A stretch of 64,000 nucleotides of DNA from Octopus sinensis. Taxonomy: Eukaryota. Every line of letters begins with the position of its first letter. The first letter of the stretch is position 1. Made by a program: the position numbers and the translations under genes. Positions 14,477-27,779 of this stretch are shown one piece after another. The notes under the pieces were generated by a model. That model saw only the letters and a list, made by a program, of their open reading frames with translations. It was not told the DNA's origin and ran no database searches. Location: positions 11,718,001-11,782,000 of the forward strand of contig NC_042997.1 in NCBI RefSeq assembly GCF_006345805.1, in the 5' to 3' direction.

Positions 14477-16090
14477 TTGTTTAAAGACACGAATTTGCAT
14501 GAGTGAGTGTAGAAAACTGTACCTTGATTTCTAACGCAGAGCCAATAAATACTGCAAGGAATCATATACATTACCTAACCACTTCTGCAGCTGCATGCCA
14601 GCTGGAGTGAGACATGCCACACTGAATAACAGAAGAAGATTTGGTTTTCTCTGCCGAGTAACAATGTTAACGACAGGCCAGCATGAACTAAATACGCTAC
14701 ATTTTAATAGAGTCTCTAGGCTGTACACTACATCCCTGATAGATTACAGAACTGGAATTAAAACAAGAACTTTTTTCTTAATAAAGGCAAAATTAATGCG
14801 ATGCCTTGCTAGTTGGACTGATAGAGTTTCTCCCTAATTGCTGCAAGATTAGGGATTCGCATTTGGTTACCTCCAGAACGCTCTATATAATTCCTGAAGT
14901 AATGACCTCATAGTCGTTAGTTCTGGTTGGAGAAAGTTATTCGTATCTGATTAGCTTCCTATGCGCAATCTGATTTGGCTCATATCCATTTAGGAAAAGC
15001 TTGTATTCCTTTTTCTAGTTCCCAGTTAAATGCTTTGTGGCTTACATGGCCTAACACGGAACGAAATCACAAATTTTATATTGTGTTACCATGACAGGTA
15101 GATTTTACTTACATGCTTTGATAAGTGTAAGTCTTACAACTAGGTGAATTCAGATTTAAGTCCCTAGGCCATAAAGAAATTGCTACGCCTCATGCATTTA
15201 CCATTAATTTAAAGAAAAGGAGAGAGTAGGCAAAATATATTGGGTGGGGAGGAATAGGAATTTTAGCTAATTTATGTTATTAAAATCTACAATGAATTGT
15301 TACTGGTTGTGTAACTGGGTGATAGTATCAAAATACTTGCTCAATTGTGAAATAGTAGTTAGTCAATTTTAGACCAAGGATAAATATTGCATTAAAATTT
15401 AAAAGATAATATATTAACGAAACAAAAGATAAGACAAAAAGAAAAAAAAGTTAGCGAATTTTAACCGATTATTCTGTATCATCTAGTTTTACAATTGTAG
15501 ATTTTTAATGTATTTTGCGAGACTGATTAAATAAAATGAAATATTCAATTTCCAAATAATTTTGAAACGTTGAATTATGGCAAGAAGCAGATGTTCAGTA
15601 AAATTTACATATTTCTACTTGTTATGTTTACAATTATATTAATTCAATTTGAGTATGTGTTTTAAAAGACAAAAATGAAAAATTATAAACTGCAGTAGAG
15701 GCATTCACAGAGAGAGGCTTATAGACGAGCACAAAAACATATAAACACACACACACATACACACGCACACATTTCCCTGCTCACACTTACACACACGTTT
15801 ACACACATATTTGTGTGCGTATACACACACACACACACATACAAGCACACACGCATGCACACATACGAACAGAAGAACACATGAATAAGCACACACACAC
15901 AATAAATCCCAGAAGAAAGCTGGTGCAATAGAAAGAACCCACCACATTTGAGAAGCAAATAAGTTACACCATCAAGACCAGGAGAGACATATATATTCAC
16001 ACAAACCAATTGATATTTTGATTTATTACACACATGTGAGTGAGAACACTTTGAGATATTTTTGGTATCTAACATATGTCAGATACTGCG

Positions 16091-16194
16091 AGCGCTGCTT
16101 CTGATTGGTCAATCCATGGTGATGACCCGAGGTCACAGTGACAGCGCTGCTTCTGATTGGTCAATCCATGGTGATGACCTGAGGTCACGGTGAC
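16091..16194. repeat. 52-bp tandem duplication with ATTGG (CCAAT) and TGACCyGAGGTCA motifs
   Basis: AGCGCTGCTTCTGATTGGTCAATCCATGGTGATGACCyGAGGTCACrGTGAC, two copies starting at 16091 and 16143. Confidence 0.9.
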
Positions 16195-16290
16195 GGCACT
16201 ACTTTTGTCATTCATAAGTTACAACTAAACGTGAATAATTTAGTTATTGGGTTAATAAAATATGGTCGTTTATTTGTGTGTAATAAATAA

Positions 16291-16434
16291 AATACCAAAC
16301 TCATTCCCTATGGATACCATATTTATTACAACTCGTGGCTTGTAAACGTATCTAACTCGCTTTCGCTCGTTAGATACGTTTACAAGCCACTCGTTGTAAT
16401 AAATACGGTATCCATAGGGAACTCGTTTGGTATT
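16291..16434. repeat. 144-bp hairpin element with symmetric CTC bubbles
   Basis: Arms AATACCAAAC...TATCTAAC and GTTAGATA...GTTTGGTATT; loop TCGCTTTCGCTC. Confidence 0.9.
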
Positions 16435-17041
16435 CTCTATATATTACATACTTTATAATATAGGTGGCTAAAGCAATTAAAAAACGAAAAAGGTAGAATA
16501 AATAAATAAGGGTACAAAATGGCACCTATAATTGCTAGAAATAAGAGCTAAAAATATAACTCGAATAGCCACACAAAATCATTAAACTCATGAGATATTT
16601 GAAGGAACTGCGAGCTGTAAGCTACATCTTACTCCAGCGAGATAAACTCACTGAATGAAATAATTTGATAAGACTCTATCATATGATTTCGAAATTCAAC
16701 CAGTCATATTCGTTTATATATACATATATCCATGCATACATATATGTGGGTGTTTTTTTTGTGTGTGTGTAAGTGCTTATACGGGTTTCTGCGTACGTGT
16801 GTACGAACAAATTCCATCCGAATGGCCCGAAACTATTATTCACTTCTGCAGTTCGGATTCTTTTTCGTTACTATAACGATTTCAGCACACCATATTGAAG
16901 TCCAGGCCATATTTCCGAGCGATCTTGAGGCAATTATGAAGACTTAGCAGTCTCCCCTGCTCTAATTTGCCTACGTAGGAAATAACTGTATAGTCACACC
17001 ACGTGATCATGGATTCCACTATATTCTAGCTCACTTTCTCT

Positions 17042-17101
<60 letters not shown>

Positions 17102-17120
17102 TATATATATATATATGCAT

Positions 17121-17400
17121 GTGGAGGCGCAATATCCCAGTGGTCGAAGGATCACGGTTTCGATTCCCAGACCGGACGTTGTGAATGTTTATAGAACGAA
17201 ACACCTAAAACTCCACAAGGCTCCGGAAGTGGGTGGTGGCGATCACTGCTGTACTCTTTCGCCACAACTTTCTTCTGTAGGCCTGCTCGCCTAGCCAGCG
17301 GGGTGGCGTCATTTGATGGCTAAAACAATGCGAAGCGCATTGTGACCAGCGACGTGTAGCAACATCTGATAGCCTGGTCGGTCACGTGACGTGACGTGAC
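17121..17400 (+). mobile_element. SINE with family C head and an alternative 3' tail ending in (CGTGA)n
   Basis: Head matches 9540; the tail GGCCTGCTCGCCTAGCCAGCGGGG...GTCACGTGACGTGAC is unrelated to the C tail. Confidence 0.8.
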
Positions 17401-17496
17401 ATATATACATAAATTCTTAAATACATACTTAACGTTCAGAGGTATACACTGATCTACAGACAAATGCACACACACGCATCTCTCTCTCTCTCTGAA

Positions 17497-17540
<44 letters not shown>

Positions 17541-18637
17541 CATATATGAGACAGTCGTGTCTATTTGTATGTGTGCATACTTTTTTATGCGTATACCTGT
17601 GTGTGTGACTTTGTGTATGCTAAAGTGAATATGGATATGATTAAATTTTAAAAGACACAAACAAAAGTCGAGAAAACAGTGGAATGCTTTGTTCCAATCA
17701 TTGTTATTTATTTAGTGCTGGCAGTGAGTGGAGAGATGAGGAAGAAATGCAGTGTTTCCTATGGGTAGATCCGAATTGAGCAATGTCAATGTATCAGTAT
17801 TTGGATTGAATAAAGTAATTAATATTCTGGTCGCCCTAGCTCCCGTACATGCAGACTCGACACACATCTATAATTAAATATCAACTCACATGTCTGAACA
17901 TAGATCATCCAGTGAGTATAATTCTCGCACATGAACACAGATTGTTGTCTTTTACGCTACCAATGTTTTAATATTGCTAGTGTGAATATTCTTCTTTCTT
18001 GGTCTTCATTAATTCTTGTAAACCAGAAGAAAAACAAGAAGTATTTTATATCTTAAAGAAACAAAAAGAGGAAAACGATAAGCTTGTCCAGGGGTTAAAA
18101 AGAATAATGAAGTACTTCCAAATAAGTAGCATATATTCCCAAAAGTAACGTTAAGACAATTATTTCCGATTATTCAAAGAAATGCTTCTGAATATAACAT
18201 TGAAATCGCGACATTCTTCACCTGTTTTAATATTCGTCAGTAAGTACAATATTTCTTATCAGAAAGAATGTTTTGTAATTTTTCTGACAAAATATAATTG
18301 ATTAATCAAATATTTATGTTGGTTATTATCTTATTTTTCTAATTCATTTCTAATGCTTTCCTGATATGATTACATTTCAAACAGTTGCTTTGATTTAGAA
18401 CGAAGCCAAATTAACATATTAAAATTTCAATACTCACTGGCTTTTTATCATTGTGAGTCTTCATTCCTAAGAGCAAATAATGTTTAAAACAGAATGAAGT
18501 GACTTCTAGAGTTAGATGAGAAGTTACGACAAACCGAGGGAGCAGAACGGTTTCTATCCCACTTCAGTCGAAAATTCGTTATATATTTCAGTTCGTTGAA
18601 ATTTTTGGGAAAAATATGAATGTCAAAATATAATATA

Positions 18638-18870
18638 TATTTCTTTACTACCCACAAGGAGCTATACATAGAGGGGACAAACAAGGACAGACAAACGGAT
18701 TAAGTCGATTAAATCTACCCAGTGTGAAACGGGTACTTTATTTATCGACCCCGAGAGGATGAAAGGCAAAGTCGACCTCGGCGGTATTTGAACTCAGAAC
18801 GTAACGACAGACGAAATACCGCTAAGCATTTCGCCCGGCGCACTAACGTTTCTGCCAGCTCGCTGCCTTT
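18638..18870 (-). mobile_element. SINE B, 15-bp TSD
   Basis: TSD TCAAAATATAATATA at 18623-18637 and 18871-18885. Confidence 0.9.
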
Positions 18871-19298
18871 TCAAAATATAATATAATCTATTCAAAATCA
18901 CGCCAAAATTTTCACATAACTTAAACATATATTAATTTGCCATCTTAATAAATGTTCAGGTGAAGTTAAAAGTATTTGTACGTTTTTGAAAGGCTAATAT
19001 GTGTCTCCCACAATTTAAGTGTTTACGTTTAAACATGCGGTCGTAGAATCAAATCACCAGGCAATTAAAACTCCCAAATATATTTCCCCACCTTTTTTTT
19101 CGAAATATTGATTTTTCGTGTTTAGTAAATTAAAAACAATATCACTAAAAAATGGTGTATTCGATCACATGATTCAGTATGGTACCATATACATGTGAGT
19201 ATATGCATTTCTGGTAATTTGAAAAGAATATACGTACATTCTTTGTGTGTCATATGTAGACCACAGAAGCTTTTCAGTTTTAGAGGAGATAAAATACT

Positions 19299-19624
19299 AG
19301 CATTCCGTCGGTTACGATGACGACGAGTGTGCCAATTGATGCGACCAACGGAACAACCTGCACGTGAAATTTACGTGCAAGTGGTTGAGTACTCCACAGA
19401 CACGCGTACCCTTTTTGTGGTTCTCAGGAAGATTCAGCGTGACAAAGAATATGACAGGGCTGGCCCTTTGAAATACCGGTACTACTAATTTCTGCCCGCT
19501 GAGTGAATTGGAGCAACGGGAAATAAAGTGTTTTGCGCAGAGACACAACGTATCGCCGGGAATCGAACTGACAGCCTTACGATCGCGAGCTGAATACCCT
19601 GACAATTAGGTCACACGCCTTCAC
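19299..19624 (-). mobile_element. Diverged hybrid SINE: family D-like head and core with a family C tail
   Basis: Core CACTTTATTTCCCGTTGCTCCAATTCACTCAGC is shared with 61050-61380; tail is shared with 9540-9919. Confidence 0.75.
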
Positions 19625-19721
19625 TGGAGTAAAAATAGTATATTGTACATTTCATGCATTTCCAAAGCCCATTTCATTGACGTTAATGGCTAAAATTGAA
19701 AAAAACCCAACAAAAACAACT

Positions 19722-20137
19722 ATAGCAGGAGTGGCTGTGTGGTAAGTAGCTTGTTTACCAACCACATGGTTCCGGTTCAGTCCCACTGCGTGGCACCTTG
19801 GGCAAGTGTCTTGCTACTATAGCCTCGGGCCGACCAAAGCCTTGTGAGTGGATTTGGTAGACGGAAACTGAAAGAAGCCCGTCGTATATATGTATATATA
19901 TATATATGTATGTGTATGTGTGTGTGTTTGTGTGTCTGTGTTTGTCCCCCTAGCATTGCTTGACAACCGATGCTGGTGTGTTTATGTCCCCGTCACTTAG
20001 CGGTTCGGCAAAAGACTGATAGAATAAGTACTGGGCTTACAAAGAATAAGTCCCGCGGTTGAGTTGCTCGATTAAAGGAGGTGCTCCAGCATGGCCCCAG
20101 TCAAATGACTGAAACAAGTAAAAGAGAGTAAAGAGTA
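19722..20137 (+). mobile_element. SINE A, full length
   Basis: Homology to family A. Confidence 0.9.
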
Positions 20138-20384
20138 TATAATAACTTTGGTTTATAGTAAGGAATAATTCACAGATGTAATGGATAAGATCAAACCGAC
20201 TCACCTCTCAGTGTAGACTCACACCATCAGTAAATGTTCAGTTGTTAGTCCGAAGATGGTATAAAATAATAACGTTATTCTAACATTTAAATGTATATAT
20301 TTTTCTAAAAATAGCTTCTTCCGAGTTCGAGTGCCTGTGATCTTCATATTGATTGCGAACACTTCTGTCCGTCTCCCGATGCAT

Positions 20385-20438
<54 letters not shown>

Positions 20439-20476
20439 ATATATAGTATGTATGTATGTATGTATGTATGTATGTA

Positions 20477-21718
20477 CAGGAGTTGGTCAAAATAACGGAA
20501 ACACCTTAAAATTTCAAACAAATTTATTTTAATATGGGGTAGGACCGCCTTTGGTAGTAATTACAGCTTGAATTCTATGAGGTATGGACTCGTACAAAGT
20601 TTTTCCAAAAGAATTTTTGTCTATTCTTCAAATAAAACAGTCTCCAATTCTTGTAGTGATGATGGTGGAGGATAGCGACTCCTTATTTGTAATGCACCAT
20701 AAATGTTCAATGGTATTGAGATCTGGGGACTGAGATGGCCAGATAAGATGTTCGACTTCACTAGAATGTTCCTCGTACCATTCAGTAGTGTGAATTGGTG
20801 CATTATCATCCTGAAAGATTGCGTTTCCCTCCGGAAACAGTTCCGCGACTATAGGATGAATTTGTTCAGATAAAATGCTTAAATAGTCTTGACTATTAAT
20901 TCTGCTATGAAAGGAAACCATTGGGCTGGCGGATTTTCAAGATATAGTCCCCCATCCCAGATCATGAAAGATCCTCCTCCATGTTTAACAGTTGGAAGAA
21001 GGCAGTCAGGGTCAAATTCTCATTTTGGCTGTCTCCACACATATACTCGGCCGGTGGTCGGAAATAAGGTAAAGGATGACTCATCCGAGAAAATAACATT
21101 CTTCCACTGTTCTGGGAACCAATTCTAAAGGTTTTTACTCCACTCTAAACGCTTTGCAACGTTTGTTTTTGAAAGTAGGGGTTTTCTGATTGCAGCCTTC
21201 TTGTGAAATCCAGATGTGTGTAGCTCCTGGCGAACAGTTTTCGTGGAAACTGGGTTCTCGAGGCGGTCATTAAGCTCTGCAGTAATTTTAGGAGCTCTAC
21301 TTTTGTGATCCTTTCTAACAATTCGCGTAAGAGTCCGACGGTCCCTATCTGGAAACTTTGGTTTTCTTCCGGAGTTTTGTTTCAACAAGGAGGTTTTTCT
21401 CTCTTTCTCAAAGGCCGTCATTACTTTCGAGACAGTATTTCTTGATACACCAAATTTCGACTGTTTTCATTAAGCCAGCGCCTGCCATATGAGCACCAAC
21501 AATTTGATCTCTCTGAAAGTCCGATAGATCTGTCATTTTGATGAATTTTAATCACCTTTTTCTGATGATATCTGAAAAGAAACAGCAATTTTAGCAAAAC
21601 ATATTAAACAACACTAATAATAAATCAAAAACAAAAATAAACAATCTTTTGACGGTTTTATAGATATTTCAAAATTATGGTACTATGTATTTCCATTATT
21701 TTGTCTAATCCCTCAATG
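20477..21718 (-). mobile_element. Tc1-family DNA transposon, full length but decayed, with TIRs and TA flanks
   Basis: Degenerate TIRs GGAGTTGGTCAAAATAACGGAAACAC and GGGATTAGACAAAATAATGGAAATAC; TA on both sides; transposase inside. Confidence 0.9.
20529..21536 (-). pseudogene. Tc1 DD34E transposase (frameshifts and stop)
   Basis: MTDLSDFQRDQIVG, SGRKPK, VIFSDES, TVKHGGG, FQDDNAPIH, WPSQSPDLNTIEHLW, GGPTPY*. Confidence 0.92.
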
Positions 21719-21812
21719 TATGTATGTATATATATATATATATATATATAAAAACAGATGAGTAGTACAACAAGGCACCAATATTTACTGGAAAATAGCA
21801 CTCGATACAAAT

Positions 21813-22198
21813 GTGGAAGCACTCCGTCGGTTACGACGATGAGGGTTCCGGTTGATCCGAATCAACGGAACAGCCAGCTCGTGAAATTAACGTGTAAGTG
21901 GCTGAGCACTCCACAGACACGTGTACCCTTAACGTAGTTCTCGGGGATATTCAGCGTGACACAGAGAGTGACAAGGCCGGCCCTTTGAAATACAGGTACA
22001 ACAGAAACAGGAAGTAAGAGTGAGAGAAAGTTGTGGTGAAAGAGTACAACAGGAATCACCACCATTCCCTGCCGGAGCCTCGTGGAGCTTTAGGTGTTTT
22101 CGCTCAATAAACACTCACAACACCCGGTCTGGGAATCGGAACCGCGATCCTATGACCGCGAGTCCGCTGCCCTAACCACTGGGCCATTGCGCCTCCAA
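21813..22198 (-). mobile_element. SINE C, full length, 11-bp TSD
   Basis: TSD TCGATACAAAT at 21802-21812 and 22199-22209. Confidence 0.92.
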
Positions 22199-22605
22199 TC
22201 GATACAAATACGACGCTATTGTAAAGCTTCACTGCGTATATACTAGCAAAGACGTGTGTGTGTGCAACAAACATGAAAAATTTGTCTTACCTCTAGGAAG
22301 AACATTCGATAAATGGACAACCCAGAATCGGATACTGCAGGACCGGTCGCTGACCCTTCAAATACGTTTGACAACGTAAATTTGATCAGCTGCATTTACA
22401 TAGACAATATTTCAAATGTTGCCACATCAATGCCAGTATCCTTGCCTGAATGTCTAACCGTTAACAGAACGAGAACAGTGAAAAGGTTTTCAATGAAAAA
22501 AAAATGATGTGCTCTTAAACGTCTACATAACTTTTAAAAACATTTTTAAAGCTGATTTCAGATCTATTATTAGTTATTCTTCATCACGTATGTATGTATG
22601 TATGT

Positions 22606-22992
22606 GGGGGAAGCACTCCGTCGGTTACGACGATGAGGGTTCCGGTTGATCCGATCAACGGAACAGCCTGCTCGTGAAATTAACGTGTAAGTGGCTGAGC
22701 ACTCCACAGACACGTGTGCCCTTAACGTAGTTCTCGGGGATATTCAGCGTGACACAGAGAGTGACAAGGCCGGCCCTTTGAAATACAGGTACAACAGAAA
22801 CAGGAAGTAAGAGTGAGAGAAAGTTGTGGTGAAAGAGTACAGCAGGGATCACCACCATCCCCTGCCGGAGCCTCGTGGAGCTTTTAGGTGTTTTCGCTCA
22901 ATAAACACTCACAACGCCCGGTCTGGGAATCGAAACCGCGATCCTATGACCGCGAGTCCGCTGCCCTAACCACTGGGCCATTGCGCCTCCAC
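22606..22992 (-). mobile_element. SINE C inserted into a (TATG)n microsatellite
   Basis: Near-identical to 21813-22198; (TATG)n on both sides. Confidence 0.92.
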
Positions 22993-23191
22993 TATGTATG
23001 TATGTATGTATGTATGTATGTATGTATGTATGTATGTATTATGTATGTATGTATGTATGTTTTCTTCTGTATCTAATCATTTAAAAGTTGTGTACACGAT
23101 TACTAACTGACGCTTTAGTCTTGTTATGGTAGTTCCAGAGGTCAGTCGTGGTGATACTTACGTATAAACTCCATTTGAAAGGAGTGCATAT

Positions 23192-23870
23192 AGACGTAAG
23201 TGCGTGAACAATCCAAACATATTCTGCTACATTTGTGGCAAGTAAGCAGAGACAAATTGTAACCGATCTCGTAAAAAATCTATACTTCGCTTATTTTGGT
23301 GTTAAACTCGGTGATGAAGACAAACACAAAGTATTTCACATTTGTGTGGATGGACTGAGACTTTGTAAAGCCGGTAAAGAAAAAAAGAAACGTCCTTTAG
23401 AGTACCAATGGTGTGGCGAGAGCCGAATAACCGCGTTAACACTTGTTATTTCTGCATTAATAAAGTTGATGGGTAAAGAGCAAAAAACAAACATAAGATA
23501 GTGTATTCCCTCGGCTATACGGCGTATTGCACATGGGGCTAACATTCCAATTCATCTTGCCTAGTAGTTGTGAAGAATATTACATCAGATAGTGATGAAG
23601 ACAAATGTGAAGAAGAAGATGATTACTACACTGTGTAGTAATCATCTTCTACGTCGAACATGAGCAATTCCATGAGTCCGTCTATCCGAGCTCTATCAAA
23701 CTCATATTCTTTTTCGACTTAGTAGGAAACTTCGTGATACAGTAGTGAATTCTGAGGGTACATTATCATTCGGGAATTATTTTCTGAAATACAGGAGTTC
23801 CAGGAGAAATCATTTAGAGATGAGTGGGAGAAAGTTTCTATTGTACGAATGTGCAGGATGGTTTGTTTTC
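23192..23870 (+). pseudogene. DNA transposase N-terminal remnant, Chapaev3-like (CMC superfamily)
   Basis: RRKCVNNPNIFCYICGK, YFAYFGVKLGDEDK, MVWREPNNRVNTCYFC; family name is from my recollection of the motif, not from a search. Confidence 0.6.
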
Positions 23871-24826
23871 GATGCAAACAAGTCCTTTAATCACGGTAAA
23901 ACTACAGAACCATAGTACTAGTTATGTAGTACTCTTGTGATGCTAATGTGATGACTGCACTTGCTAACTAGTCCTTGAAGGATTAATCGGCCTGCATTTG
24001 GAGTTGAATAATGTAAGATTTATACAGGCCGAGGTGGTCCACTGTTTTCTATTTTTGTTAGCAAGTCCTGTGATCGTATAACTGCAGCGAGTTGTCGGGA
24101 ATTTAGAGAAAAGAAATTTTCTATTTTTTTTTTATTTATGAATATTTTTATGTTCCTATTTTCATTTTTTGTTGAATGAATTATTTCTTCTGTTTTTCCA
24201 ATTACGTATCTATTGTAAATGTGAATCGTATGCTATCTATCTTGAAATTATTTATTTTACTTATTTTTATTCATTTCAAAACATAATTATCTTTATATTA
24301 TTATTTTTTCTAAATGATATCTTGAAGTAATTTTGAAACTGTTTTCAACATAAGTCAACAGGACAATTATAAAGAGAATTAACTTCTTTATTTGATTCAC
24401 AAGTCTTCTTCGCCGCTTTCTCATCAGGGTAACTTTGTGGGGCTTCATCGATCCAATTCGAATTTAAAATCTTAAACAATATTTAAATTGCTTTCTTTTG
24501 TTTCTATTATGTTATTCGTTTCAATGAACACGTATATTAGATAAAGAAGAGAAATTTCAATCTATCGAATTATCGTAGATAAATGTGACAGAAACAAAAG
24601 GCTTAAGAAAAAATTAGACCACAAAGCTTGTCGAAGAGAAATTTATACACAAACCAGCAAGGGGAAAACAACTACCTTTTGAGAAAGCATATAGACACAG
24701 TTATATAAGAAATTTATAAAATTTATATGCATTTATACACACGCACACACACACACACATATATATTTATATTATATATATACATACATATATTAATATA
24801 TACATATATTATATATATATATATAT

Positions 24827-24934
24827 ATTTATTTTATAGAAGGAGCTTCTACAGGACTAGAACTGTTTCATTCAAAAGAAATCATCAGAATGAAACAGTT
24901 CTAGTCCTGTAGAAGCTCCTTCTATAAAATAAAT
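24827..24934. repeat. Perfect 47-bp-arm palindrome with a 14-nt spacer
   Basis: 24827-24873 is the exact reverse complement of 24888-24934. Confidence 0.95.
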
Positions 24935-25004
24935 TAATTTACTCTGCTATGTATTGAGACCTTATTTACTGTGGTTACCACCCCCGACTCACCCGGGACC
25001 TACA

Positions 25005-25034
25005 TATATATATATATATATAATATATATTATA

Positions 25035-25074
<40 letters not shown>

Positions 25075-25209
25075 TATATACATAGAATAACATATCTATA
25101 TATATATATAAAATATATATACATACATATACAACATACATATATATATATATACATATACATACATATATATATATATATATATACATATATATACATA
25201 TATATATAC

Positions 25210-25253
<44 letters not shown>

Positions 25254-25472
25254 ATATCATACATATACATACATACATACATATATATATATATACATAT
25301 ACATATGTAAATATATATACATACATATACATATATAAATATATATACATACATATACATATATATATATAAATATAATAATACATATACATATATATAA
25401 ATGTATATACATACATAACATATAGATATAAATATAATGTATATAATTATATACATACATACATACATACAT

Positions 25473-25520
<48 letters not shown>

Positions 25521-25545
25521 CATATATAATATATACATACATACA
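25005..25545. repeat. (TA)n/(TACA)n microsatellite
   Basis: Direct inspection. Confidence 0.9.
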
Positions 25546-25993
25546 CAGATAGTGTGAGGGTATAGTAAGATGTTCGACTACTACTGTTAGTTTTCAGTAT
25601 AGTGTTTAGTATATCACTGTTCTTAGTATTGTTACTAATTATGATATACGGAACATACGTAGTGGAAAATTAAGATAAGCACAAGCATAAATTTATAGTT
25701 CCTACGTACGTTTCACCATTGCCATTCATTGGATGCTCCAAATTCTTTTGAATGCCTAATTGCAACAAATCATCAGATGAATATTTTACTGCATTCTGTT
25801 GCAGACATGTCTAATATCTGAAGTTAGACACATAGCTATGTAATTTATAAGCATTTAGAGAAGGAAATAGAACGAAAGCAAGTGATGGAGAGAGAAAAAG
25901 AGAAGACTGAACAGCGTAGTAAGTAAAAGGGGAAAAGATAAAGCTTACTAGTAAATAAGTAAAGAAAAAAATAAAAATGTAAGTTCATATATA

Positions 25994-26029
<36 letters not shown>

Positions 26030-26840
26030 ACATAGCAGTGTGAGAAAAGAGACCGGTAGTATAAGTCCAAGGCTTAAAGAATAATTTTTGGTGTCGATTC
26101 GTTCAACTGAAGATCTTCGGGGCGGTGCCTCAGCATTGCCACAGTCTAATGGCTGAAACAAGTAAAAGATAAAACAAGTAAAAGATAAAACATATGCGTT
26201 GTGAACAGTAAGAATGCCATATCTGTTCTGAATACGTTCTGGCGGATTCGAACGCGAATATGCTAATCACTTTTGCGTTTCATCAAAGAAAAACAGTTCC
26301 TCCTTTACGGCGGATATGTGCTCATGGCACTCTTGGTTTATTCAGACAAAGGATCCTGATACACCTGGTGTCACAACACGGTTATGTCACGTCAACAAGG
26401 AACATTTCCTCTGATATCACCTAATCAAAATTTTCCGAAAATTAAAACCTTTATTCAAAGTGTCTCATGCCTTTAAATTCAATTAATGAAATAAGAGCGC
26501 TTATCTTAGTCTTTTCCGATCTCAACAAAGCATATTCAAACCAATGATTAAGAAAGTATAGAAACTGAACGCTGATTACCCTGTGTCACACGATTTTTGT
26601 CCTTGGGCAGCAGCACTGTTATTTCCTATTTGCTTAGCCCTAGAAAGTATGAAAAATGGCTATTTCAAGCAAACTTTTCTTTTGTTACATTTATTCAAAC
26701 CCCAAAGAATCCTTCTCAATACCTGGATATGATGCCCCCCCCCTCACTCAGTGACATGTTCAAGTGGTTTAAGTCAATTAACTGACAAGCAAATACGTGG
26801 TATTAAGTAGAATATTTGCTAAAACGATATATCTGCTCCA

Positions 26841-27221
26841 GTGGAAGCACTCCGTCGGTTACGACGATGAGAGTTCCGGTTGATCAGAATCAACGGAACA
26901 GCCTGCTCGTGAAATTAACGTGTAAGTGGCTGAGCACTCCACAGACACGTGTACCCTTAACGTAGTTCTCGGGGATATTCAGCGTGACACAGAGAGTGAC
27001 AAGGCCGGCCCTTTGAAATACAGGTACAACAGAAACAGGAAGTAAGAGTGAGAGAAAGTTGGGTGAAAGAGTACAGCAGATCACCACATCCCCTGCCGGA
27101 GCCTCGTGGAGCTTTAGGGTTTTTCGCTCAATAAACACTCACAACGCCCGGTCTGGGAATCGAAACCGCGATCCTATGACCGCGAGTCCGCTGCCCTAAC
27201 CACTGGGCCATTGCGCCTCCA
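26841..27221 (-). mobile_element. SINE C, full length
   Basis: Homology to family C; flanking repeat ATCTGCTC. Confidence 0.9.
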
Positions 27222-27542
27222 AATCTGCTCTAGTAACACAGCGCTGAAATGTAACAGAAACTATGTCAGTTTCAAAACATTGATGTCCAGATTACAAAAG
27301 CAAAGTTTGAAGTGAATAGGAATAATTTCCTTTGACTACTTCTAGGTAGCAGCAAATAGGAATTAACACTTAGTGACCAAAGACACATACACACACAAAA
27401 TATCTGACTTAGAATATCGAGAATTTGTCAGTAAAAAAAATACCTCCGTAATCGACACACACACACAGAAGTGGAATTTGAACTCAGAACATATTTAAGA
27501 CGGACAAAATACCGTTAAGCAATTTTCCTGGCACACGATTCT

Positions 27543-27779
27543 TATTTCTTTATTACCCACACGGGGCTAAACATAGAGGGGATAAACAATGACAGATAAA
27601 GGAATTAAGTCGATTACGTCGACCTCAGTGTGTAACTGGTACTTAATTTATCGACCCCCGAAAGGATGGAATGCGAAGTCGACATCGGCGGAATTTGAAA
27701 ACAGAACATACCGGCAGACGAAATACCGCTAAGCATTCATTTCGCCCGGCGTGCTAGCGTTTCTGCCAGCTCGCCGCCT
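27543..27779 (-). mobile_element. SINE B
   Basis: Homology to family B. Confidence 0.85.

Noticed and set aside
14531-14837. Unique sequence with short ORFs on both strands and a donor-like site at about 14574
   Set aside because: No matching acceptor or protein motif could be supported.
24395-24430. CUGAUGA GAAAGCGGC GAAG on the minus strand
   Set aside because: No GAAA in register and no stem II.
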